Shown: positions 39,301 to 51,300 of the stretch, in pieces
Layout: the number at the start of each line of letters is the position of its first letter
How positions within the stretch are numbered: the stretch's first letter is position 1
Notes under the pieces: generated by a model
Database searches by the model: none
What the model saw: the letters and a program-made list of their open reading frames with translations, nothing else
Told to the model about the DNA's origin: nothing
Origin: Mobula hypostoma
Lineage: Eukaryota
Direction: 5' to 3'
NCBI RefSeq assembly: GCF_963921235.1
Contig: NC_086101.1
Span: forward strand, 28,892,001-28,956,000
DNA length: 64,000 nt
Position numbers and translations under genes: made by a program

Positions 39301-42300
39301 TCTTTGTGGTCCTTTTTCTCAACTCCCTATATTCTCCTTTCAGGACCTCTCCCCTTTTCCTACCTATATCATTGGTACCTATATGTACCACGACCTCTGG
39401 CTCACTGGAGTTTAAAAAAATGTGGAGTGATCTCATTAAAACCTACTGAATGTTGAAAGGACTTGTTGGGGTGGATGTGGAGAGGATGTTTCCAATGGTG
39501 GAATATCCAGAACTAGAGAGCACAGCCTCAAAATTGAGCGGTGGCCCTTCAGAACAGAGGTAAGGAGGAATTTTTTTTAGCCAGAGAGCATTAAATCTGT
39601 AGAATGCTCTGCCACAGACTGCCAAGTCTGTGCATATATTTAACGCTGAAGTTGGTCATTTCCTGATTGGTCAGATATGACAAGAATGCAGGTGTATGGG
39701 GTTGAGTGGGATCTGGATTCAGCCATGATGGAATGTGGAAAGGACTTGACAGGCTGAATAGCCTAAAACTGCCCCTATGTCTTATGGTCTGAAAGGTGCA
39801 AGAGGCAGTCTGTAGTGTTTCATTGCTGTTGCAGGGTTAGGATTGTGCAGGTTGGTTCAAGAACTGATGTCTGTAGGAAAGTAGCTGTTGCTGAACCTGA
39901 TGTTGTGGGATGTCAGTTTTCTGTGCCTCCTGCCCGACAGTAGCAGCAAGAAGACTACATGATGCGAATGATGGGAATTCTTGATGGTAGATGCTGCCTT
40001 CCTGAGGCAGTACCTCCTGTAGATACTGCTAGTGTTGGAGTAGGGTGTGCCCATGGTGGATCAGGCTGTGTCCACCATTCTCTGAGCTCTTGTATTCCTG
40101 TCTATTGTAGATTCTGTCCCAGGTTTTGATGCAGCTAGTCAGTAATGTCAAGATTTTAAAGAAAGTGATTCTCCTGCAGAGTCAGTACTGTCCTCCTGGG
40201 TCCGTCAACTACCCATTTACACTCATCTAATCTTATTCTTCCCTCATTCACATCAACACCTTCCCAGATACCACCACTCACACACACCTCAGGGGTGATT
40301 TACAGCAGCCAATTAGCCCACTAATCCACCCAACTCTGGGGTGTGTGAGGAAATCAGAGCAACCAGGGGAATCCTATGATATCTTTCTCTGAGATGACAA
40401 CACCAGGCAGTGCAGAACTGGGATATGCCCTTCAGCCCAAGATGTGTCAAATTAATTAAACCGGTAACTAAATGCCTAACTAATCTAAACCCTTCTGCCA
40501 ATGTCCATATCCTTCCATTCTCTGCAATTCATGAGCGTTTCTAAGTGTTTCGTAAGTACCTCTATTGTATTTGCCTCCACCACCAGCCCTCACAGCGGAT
40601 TCCAGACACTGACCACTCTGCAGAATAAACATTGGCCGACAAATATCCTCTGAACTTATTCCCTTTCACTTGAAATATATGCCCTCTACTGTTAGTTATT
40701 TTGACCCTGGGATGCTCTTGTAATCTTATAAACGTCTATCAGATCTTCCCTCAGTCTCTGTCACTCCAGAGAACAACTCCTCCTCTGCATACACATCACC
40801 AAGGATCTCAAATGGTCTGAACATACCAGCTGTGTGGTGAAAAAGGCACAACAGCATCTCCTTCACCTCAGACGGTTGAAGAAGATTGGTATGGCCCCCC
40901 TCCAAATTCTAAGAACTTTCTACAGGGGCACGAATGAGAGCATCATGACTGGCTGTATCACTGCCTGGTACAGGAACCGTACCTCCCTTAATCACAGGAC
41001 TCGGCAGAGAGTGATGACAACAGCCCTGCTCATCTGGAGATGTGATCATCCCACTATTCAGGATATTTACAAGGACAGGTGTGTAAAAAGGGTCTGAAGG
41101 ATCATTGGAGACCCGAGTCAACCCAGCCACAAACTGTTCCAGCTGCTGTCATCTGGGAAATGGTACCGTAGCATGAGAGCCAGGACCAACAGGCTCCAGG
41201 ACTGCTTCTTCCATCAGAGTGCTTAGTTCATGCTAATGCAATTGTATTTCTATGTTATATTGACTATCCTGTTGTACATAATATTTATTATAAATTACTA
41301 CAATTCTATATTGCACACTTAAACAGAGACATAACGTAAAGATTTTTACTCCTCTTGTATATGAACGATGTAAGTAATAAAGTCAATTCAACTCAATTCA
41401 GTTCAATTCTTATGTTCTCTAATCCAGGAAGCATTCTGGAAAATCTCTTCTGCACTTGGATACCTGGAACAGTCTTGTTACCATAAGACCATAAGATATA
41501 GGAGCAGAATTAGGCCATTTGGCCTATCAAGTCTGCTCTGCCATTTCATCCAATTTTACTCTCAGCTCCAATCTGTTGCCTTTTCCCTGTATCCCTCCAT
41601 GTCCTGACCAGTCAAGAATCTCTCAACCTCTGCCGTAAATATACATAACGGCTTGACCTCCACTGCTGCTAAGTTGCCTGTGGCAAAGGATCCCACAGAT
41701 TCACCATTCTCTGGCTAAAAAAAAATTCCTCCTCATCTCTGTTCTAAAAGGACACCCCTCTATTCTGAAACTGTGTCCTCTGGTCTTCGACTCTCCCACC
41801 ATAGAAAACATCCTCTCCACATTCACTCTATAAAGGGCTTTCACAATTTGACAGGTTTCAAATAGGTCTTCTGAATTCTAGTAAATACAGACCCAGAATC
41901 AACAAATGCTCTTTATGTGACAAGCCTTTCAATCCAGGAATCATTTCCATGAACCTTCTTTGAATCCTGTCCAGTTTCAGCACATCTTTCCTAAGGGGCC
42001 CAGAATTGCTCACAATACTCCACATGAGGCCTCACCAGTGCTTCATGAAATCTGAACATTACACATTTGCTTTTATATTCTAGTCCTCTTGAAGTGACTG
42101 CTAACTTTCAATCCCACTTGGGCTACATCACTCAGCTTCTTTCCTTTGACATTGATCACTGCATTGGTGCTGCTCCCCACATTCAGACAGAACTGGAAAT
42201 TATTATTTTCCTTGCTCCCAATTCTTAGCCTATTCTCCTCCTCACACAAGGCATATCTAAGTCTTCCCTACCCTCACTACATTCACAAATGTCCTTTCAA

Positions 42301-45300
42301 CCAACAGACTCCAACAACTATCTTTACTTTTCATCCTCCCACTCTGCCTCTTGTGGGACTCCACTACCTCTTTTCTGTGCTCTTTCTCTGTCACCTTTGC
42401 TGCGATGATGAGAATTTCTACACTGGTGCCCCGGAAATGTCTTCTGCTTCTCCTTGAACCTTGGTTTCCTCTCTATCATGGTGGACTTATGTTCCAGTAT
42501 GTTTGCCTCTGACTTAGAAGCAACTCTATAGTGGGAGTTGGTGCTCCTGTTTCCCTGCTGCCCTTGACCTCCTTTGTGCTGGGGTTTGGGTTGTTTTGTT
42601 GGATTGGCTTCAGTGAGTATCTGCTTAGGATTTTGTAAATGGCCAGAGCAGTGAAGCAAGTTTTCATAGTGTTGGTTGCTCGTGTTTGGGGAGCTAATAA
42701 AGGGGGGTGGGAGTGCTGCCTGATCCAGTAGGATGTCTGTTTGGATGTGTATTAATCCATTCAAGTGGCGAGTATACCATCAAACTCCCGAGTTGTGCGT
42801 TATAAATTGTGAGCATCCTTTGTTGTGTTCTGACACTCCTCTCTCTCTGTCCTTTTACTCAGACTCACACAGCTTGATGTATTACTACTTCCAATCCATC
42901 AACATTCCTGAAATGCCAGCTTTCTTCAGGATTGGGATGCTCGATGACTTGCAGATAGACTACTACGACAGCACACTCCGTGAAGTAGAAGTCAAGCACC
43001 AGTTGATCGCAGATGGCTTATCGACCAACTACCGGAAAGAACAGAAAGAAATAACCGACCAGTTTTATAATTTCATCTTGACAAATCTGAAGCAATTTGC
43101 CTTATTCATTAGTGAGTGTCTTTGATCTCCACTACCCTTTGAGTATCACAGTGACTTGCATATTGCCAATACTTTGATGTTCTATTAGATCTGATTATGT
43201 TGTATCCAGTTTGAAGTCCTTCACTCTTTCAAATCTCTCAAATCTCCATTCTGCTCTCTACCTTTCTTAACTCCAATTACAAGAATTCTATCCTAATCAT
43301 CTGGGTAAGTTCTGACCCTTCAAAATAAACTGATTATCCAGTCCTCATTCCCCACGGACCTCTTCAGAGAAACAGTGAAAATCAAACCCACTGTCCATAC
43401 AGGGTTTGCCTGGCTCAAACCCTAATCCTAAGCCTACTCCCCAACTCCAGACTTGGGGATGCTTCAGTCCAGGATGGTTGGAACTAAGTCGTCTATGGTT
43501 CTTATCTAGTCACCTGCCACAATGACGCTTTCCAGATCGAATTCGGTGCGGGGACTCCGTGCATTAGAACATAGAATGCTACAACACAGGAACAGGCCCT
43601 TTGGCCCAAAATGTTCTGCTGAACTAATTATATTAATAATCAAATGTCAAACTAATCTCATCCTTTCTGCCTACACAATGTCCATGTCCTGCTCGCCTAA
43701 GCTTCTTGAACACCCTCTTTGTATCTGCTACTACCACAACCCCTGGAAGCACAACTTAGGAACATGCCATTCTGTAATAGTCTTACCCTGCACATCTCCA
43801 TTGAACATACCCCCTTTTCCATGCCCTCTTGTATTAGACATTTCAACTGAGGGAAAAATAATACCAGCTGTCAACTTTAAAACAGAGAAAACAGCCCAAA
43901 TTGGTCAAATCACTTGTTATAGCATATGCCATCCAATCCAGGCAGCATCTGGTAAGCATCTTCTGCACCTACTCCAAAGCCTCACCGTCACAGAGTGACC
44001 AGAACTGCTGTGTGGCACACTCTGTGCTTATTGACACTGAATACAAACATGTTGCTTTCACAATTCTCCGCTGTAACTCTCTGCAGTGGACATGGTTCAG
44101 CGCAGACTGTACAGTGCAGTCTCTCACTGTGAGCCCCTGCTCTGACCCACATGTTGACAGAGTCCTTCAATGTTCCCCCTGCTTTGTATGTACAGTACTA
44201 TGCACTGCACAGTGTTTCAACGTGATCTCTGTACTGTGCACTCTGCATAATTCAAGCTCGAGTTTATTTCTGATCGTAGGCTGACATACACAGGGTACAA
44301 ATGCCATAAAATCACTGTTTTACAGCAGCATCATGGTATATTACAGGACATGTTAGCATGGAGTCAATTTTAAATAAATATGCACAACCAGCACATGTGC
44401 AAAGTAGTAGTAGTCGTAGTTGTAGTAGTAGTAATCATACTTTATTGATCCTGGGGGAAATTGGTTAATTGGAAATTGGAAAAAGGTATACAACAAAATT
44501 AATTTAACAATATTTGTGCAAGATTAAGAGCCAAGAATATAATCTAGGGTCTCGTTAAGGCTTTTCTGGTTGGTTAAAGAACCTGGTGGTATTGGGCATG
44601 GAGCTCTTGTTGGAGCCTGAGGTGTTAGTCCTTTGGCCTCTGTCCCTCCTTCCTAGTGGTAGCATCAAGAAGAGAGTATGTCCTGGATGATAGGGAGGGT
44701 GTGGCTCCTGATGATGGATGTTGTCTTCCTGGGACATTGTCTTTCGCAGATGTCCTCAACGATGGGGAGAGCTGTGCCTGTGATGGGCCTGGTTGAGCCC
44801 AGCACCCCCAGAGCCTTTTGTCTTTCAGGGCTTTGGAGTTTACCTACCTCCAAAGCTGTGATGTAACCAATCCAAATGCTTTTCACTGCACGTTTGAAAA
44901 CATTGCCATTCGTTAATGACAAATTGAATCTCTTTAAACTTTCCCCTCCCACCTTGCCGTGTAGACAGTTGCTCACATTGATTACTGATTCCACCAGACC
45001 CCGGTGATCTGTGCCACACCCTGACAAATGTTCTATATAGGACACTTCACCCCATGCTCTCGGCCTTAACTGTACACAGTCGCTGACCGTGACCCACTAC
45101 TTGGTGCACCTCTTAGTCACGTAGCATTTACGTATTTAGCAGACCATTATCTAGTATTGGAAGCTTCAGCCATTAATGTTAATTAATCTGTTGATAATTT
45201 ACAGGCTTCAGCTACATACAGGCACTCTGGGGCTGCACACAATCTGGAGATACGGTCAACGCGATTCTAAAAATCAACTTCCTGGATATCGGAGAGGTCA

Positions 45301-48300
45301 GCTGTGATATCAACACAGGGAAATGCACTGGCACCGGTTTCCTAGCAATGTTCAATGATCAATTGAGCCAATTCAGTTTCACTGACATGACTGCATTGAA
45401 GAGTAACTGCACTTGGTATTTGCAAAGGGCTGTTCAGCTTGGAAGAGAAGCATTGGAAAGGCAAGGCAAGTGGAACATCCTGCGATGGTGAGGGAACTCC
45501 CAATTCAGCAACATAAAGGATACCTCAGTCTGAGACGATTATGGGGCTCTGAGACCGAGATGGTGTGGGCTGTTATGATTCAGGATACTGAAGGATTTGA
45601 TGATCTAACAAATTGATGGTGTTCCCAATCTGGGACAGAGAGGGATCTCCTGATCTGGACAGTAAGGAAGCTTCCAATCAGAGATGCAGAGGGATCTCCT
45701 CATACGGGAAAGAGAGGGAGCTCCCAAAACAAAATGGTTAGGGGGTTTCTCAATCTGCAGTAATGAGGGATCTCCTAATTTGAAACAGTGAGTTGGTTGG
45801 AGTGTATGGGCTGCAGGCCTGGAGGTGGACTGTAAGCCCACGATTGGCTCCATTGCTTCTCTCTGACTGAGGCGTTGAGCAAGTTTGAAGTGGATGAGGC
45901 CAAGTGCGGAGGCCAGGCTGGTGTTTGGCGCCATCTGCTGTGTTTGGCTGGTATTCCTCTCCCTTTTACTAGCTGCTGTTGGAGGAAAGTGCAGGAGGCT
46001 TGGGTTCCACATTGCAGGGATTGATCGGTGAGGCTCGTGGTTGTGACTCTTTTTGGGGGACTTTAGGGTTCATGTATTTCTGGATTCTGGTTACCCTTTG
46101 TTTCCTGTTTCTAAGTGGTTTGATCAGGGTGCATCAGTGCGCACTGGGCGCTTCAGCGAAGACTGAACCTGCGGCCTGCATTTGGCTAGTGGCAAAGCAC
46201 TGAACTAAACTGAGTACACCTAGACTTGATAAAACCGTAAGATATAGAAGCAGAATGGGGCCATTTGGCGCATCGAGTCTGCTCTGCCATTTCATCATGC
46301 TGGTCCATTATCCCTCACAGCTCCAATGTCCTGCCTTCTCCCCATATCGCTTCATGTCGTGACTATAAAGAATCTATCAATCTCTGCTTTAAATATACTA
46401 AAGATGTGGCCTCCACAGTTGCCAAGTTGCCTGTAACAACGAATTCCACAGATGTACTGCTCTCCGGCTAAAGAAATATTTCCTGATCTCCATTTTAAAA
46501 GGATGCCCCTCTACTCTGAGTGTCACAGAAATTTACTATTGCTGATTAAACAAGGGCACAGACCCCAGTATTCAGTTTAATTACTTACTTACATGACCAT
46601 GGAGAGCCCACTAAAAGACTCTGCTAAAGTGAGCACAAGCATGGTCTTTTATTCCTTAAAATACATGCAATTCAGCAGTTCTCAGGAGTCAAGAGTTCCT
46701 GCATAGACCTTATTGACAAGATTCAGGATGCTTCCATACCTTACACAAACTTAGATACACTACACTCAGCCCCCTTCTTCCAGATCGTTAATGTATATCG
46801 TAAACAGTTGCAGGCCCAGCACAGACCCCAGCGATACACCACTCACCACTGACTGCCAACCGGAGAAACACCCAGGCATCCCAACTCTCTTCTTGCTATT
46901 AGTCAACCAATCTTCTATCCATGCTAATACATTAGCCCCAACTCTATTGTTCTATTTTGGTAAATTATCACCAAAACCTCTACTATAACTTCTGCCATTT
47001 CTTTCAGTACCCTAGGACTTATCTATCTTCCAGTCCACACGATTGCTCAGCACTACCTCTTTAGTGATAGCTAACTCCATCCATTTATGCTATGCCACCA
47101 TCCCTTTTTTTAAAATTTTTTATTTTTATTTGGATAAGGAATTCACAAGTATCATGTACTTTTTTCACATGTATAACCTTTTCCATTTTTTTATATGTAT
47201 AAAACTATAATTATTTATACATTCCTAAGTACACATTAAGATGATATAAAAAGAAATTGGACACTTAAATAGATAATTATGTGCAGTTGAAATTCTAATC
47301 TATTAGGCTAAGTAATGGTATTAGTTGTTAAGAAAAATAGTAATAATAGTGGATTAATAATAGTTTCCATATATCTCTTCTGGACCACTTCTTCTGGTCC
47401 AAAATGTTGTATGTAAGTCTATGTAACAACCATTGTAGGTGTTTATATCCTAACTTGTTCATGCTTGCTCCTGCCCCCAAACATAATTATCCAATCCCTA
47501 TGTACTTACTTACTTAATTTTATCATTTTTTATCCCTTTCCCAAATCTTTTCCTTTACTTGTGTTAATTCTCTATTTTCCAAAAAAAAAACAAAAACAGT
47601 AAACATTTAGACTAGGGGTGCTTACGTTAGCAATATTACTGTGTTGATGAGAAGAGCAGTATAAATCATTAGGAGAGTCATCTAAAGTCTGCTTGCTTTG
47701 GGGTTATATATTCCAGATTTGATAAAATTTTTCTTTTTGAATTCTCAGGGAGTAAGTCATCTTTTCCATTTTAAATATTTCCAAGATAATTTCATGCCAA
47801 TCTTCTAATGTAAGTGGTATCGGATTTAGCCACTTTCTAGTGATTGATTTCTTACTTGCCGCTAAAAGGGCCTGCGGCAACTTTATATCTTTCTTCTGTT
47901 CAAGAAACAATACATACCCCAAATACTGCGTCTCAAAATTCAGAGGTATCTGGGTCCTAAGTACCTTAACTAATGTTCTGTGAATACCTTTCCAATATAA
48001 ACTTAAGTTAGGGCAATCCCAGAAAATATGGAAATGATTTGCCTCCTTGGAGCTGCACCTTCTCCAACACGTCACGTTTGTGTCTTTATATTTTTCCTGG
48101 TATGGCGTCTTGAAGTATCTTATAATATTTTTACAACAATGTTCTCTCCAAGTCAAAGAATTAGTCGAAGATCACTGAAAGCTGCATATTTTCCCCCAAG
48201 CCTCCTCTGAAAGTACCAACCCGCTTCTTTCTGCCACTTCTCTTTAATATACAATGTGTTTACATTTTTAGCATGGGAGAGTGCATTATATAATCGAGAA

Positions 48301-51300
48301 ACTGATTTACTAGGTATTGAACTGCAAGTCGAATTCAGAATCTTGAAAAATTCTAATTCCACTGTTGATAGGTTTGTATATCTACAACTCTGGTTAACAT
48401 AGTGTCGTACTTGAAGGTACCTAAAAAAGTCGTTGTCTTCTAGGCCATGTTTGTCCTGCAGGATTTGGAAACTTTGTAATACTCTTTTATGTATAAATGA
48501 GAGGTAGGTTGTAAGACCTTCCTTTATCCATAGTTCAAATCTTTTATCTCCTCTGTTGGGAAGGAATTCGGTATCATATGCACACCATCTGAAAAGTTTT
48601 AACATGTTATTGATTCCACATGAATTAACCACCTTCTGCCATACGTTTACTGTAAGATTTATCCAACTGTTTTTAAACTTTTCCAATTGGGCCATCAATC
48701 CTTTGTCAGCTATTGAGGCCTGTAGAGGAAAACTGTCAACCAGTCCAAATTCTATTTCTTTCCATCTAGCCTTGTATTTCCCATTACACCAATGGAACAG
48801 AGGGGTTATCTGTGAGGCATAAAAATAATTTCTCAAGCAAGGAAGAACCATACCTCCTCCTTCCTTTCCTAACTGTAAGGTGTTATATCGAATTCTAGGT
48901 TTCTTTCCTTGCCAAATAAAGCAGGAAATCCATTTGTCCCATTCCCTAAATTGATTATCATCCACCTCCACAGGTAAAGGATGGAAAAGATACAGTAACC
49001 GACGGAGAATATTCATTTTTATAGTATTTATCCTTGAATTTAAACTTAAAAAGGGGATACGATTCCATCTATGCATATCTGCTATTATCTCTGAGATTAA
49101 TGGCCCATAATTTACCTGTGACAGCTTTGAAAGATCCTTCGGCAGGGTTATTCCTAAATATTTTAATGATTTGACTTCCCACTTAAGATCATATGTATCC
49201 TGCAATTTTTTGGATGGTGTATAATTTAGGGACATAACCTGCGTTTTCTTTACATTTATTTTATAACCTGATATTTTCCCAAAGTCATCCAACAGTGTAA
49301 ACAATCCTATAAATGATTTTTCTGGTTCACTCAGATAGACTAAAACATCATTTGCGAATAACGCCACTTTCTGTTCAATCCCTGCCACCTTGATACCTTT
49401 TACGATTTCGCTCTGTCTTATTAGTTGGGCAAGTGGTTCAATATACAGCACAAAAAGGAGAGGAGAAATTGGACATCCCTGTCTAGTGCTTCTCTCTAAA
49501 ATAAAGGAGTCAGAGAGGTCCCCATTTATCTTAATTCAAGCTGTAGGGCTGTCATATAGAGTCTGAATTACTTTAATAAACTTTTCTTGAAAGCCGAATC
49601 TTCCTAACACTCTGTATAGGAATGCCCAACTAACCGAATCAAAAGCTTTCTCAGCGTCTAGTCCTACTACCATTGTCTCTGTCTCGTTCTTATTAACTTG
49701 TTCTAATATGTGTAGAGTTCTCCTTACGTTGTCCTGTGTTTGTCTTTGTCGAATAAATCCAGTCTGGTCTAAATGGATTAGGCCAGGTAAAAGCTTTTCC
49801 AATCTGCGCGCTAATATAGATGTAAATAGTTTGTAATCTAAATTAAGAACACTAATTGGCCAATAATTGCCACATTCTAGTTTATCTTTACCCCCTTTAG
49901 GAATAACTGAAATAATTGCTTCTCTCCAGGAAGGTGGAGTTTCTCCTCTCTGCAAGATCCAATTAAAGGTGTTAAGTAGTAATGGGGCTAACTGTGACTT
50001 CAGCGATTTGTACCACTCTGAGGTAAACCCATCAGGACCTGGAGACTTTCCAGCCTTTAATCTAGAGATGGCCACATTCAGTTCTTTGGCAGTTACTGGT
50101 TCTAATAGGCTTTCATTTTGTAAATCTGTAAGTTTAGGTAGATCTAAAGAATTCAATACCCTGTCTATATAGGGCTCATTGGAGGCCCGGGTTTGGGAGT
50201 ACAGCTCTCGATAATATGTTTCAAAACTCTCTTGAATTTTCCCTATTGTATTCTCCACAAGCTTTGTCTTTGGATTCTTTATTTTATGAATTGTATTGTC
50301 TGCTTGTTGTTTTTGTAATTTATATGCTAATAATCTAGCTGATTTACCTCCTACTTCATAATTCTTTTGTCTCAGGTAAAGAAAATTTCTTTGAGTTTCC
50401 AATGTATAAATATCATCAATTTCACTTTGCAATTTTCTAATTTCCTGTTTTAAATTAGAATTACTTTTGTTGCTATCTACAACTTGAGTTGTTTTAGTTT
50501 TCCTTGAAGGTCTGCTACTTTTTGTGCATTGATTTTTTTCATGTGAGTGGTAATGGAAATAATTTTCCCTCTCAGTATAGCTTTCAGTGTATCCCATAAG
50601 ATCACTGGTGATGTTTCTCCCGTGTCATTAAGGTCTAGGTATTCTTTGATTTCTCCCATTAATCTCTCCATTACTTTCAGGTTATTGAGTATATGTGAAT
50701 TTAACCTCCACAGTGTTTTCCTCATTTTCCTTTCCAGGATTAGAGACATAGAGACTGGGCTATGATCCGACAGATCAATTGTTGCAATATTACAGTTTTT
50801 TATCCTGAGTCTATCTGTATTAAAGATAAAGAAATAGTCTGTCCTTGAATAGGCTGAATGAGGGAAAGAGTAATGTGTATAATCTTTACTAGTGGGGTGT
50901 AATTCCCTCCACACATCTATAATTCCCAACTCCTCCATCAATAAATTCATTTTCCGAGTCAGAGGTTTATTCTGAGTAACTATTCTTGAAGAATCTAATG
51001 CAGGATTTAACCTAATATTAAAGTCCCCTCCAGAGATTACTACCCCTTGATAACTGACCATTAGGTCAAAAATGTGTCTATAAAATGACCATTCACAACC
51101 TGGTGGAATATAAACATTCAGCACTGTTATTTCTGTACCTTCTATTCTTCCTGTAATTTTTACAAATCGTCCATCTTTGTCTTTAATCTCTGAAATATGT
51201 TCATAATTAAGAGTACTTGATACTAAAGTAGCTACCCCTCTTTTGTGGCTCAATTTATATGATGAATAAAATACATGCTTAAAGCCCATTCTTTTCAATT

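Noticed and set aside
42733-43125. ORF 42733-43125 as a single-exon 130-aa protein
   Set aside because: It is the alpha1 exon plus intronic read-through on both sides of clear splice sites.
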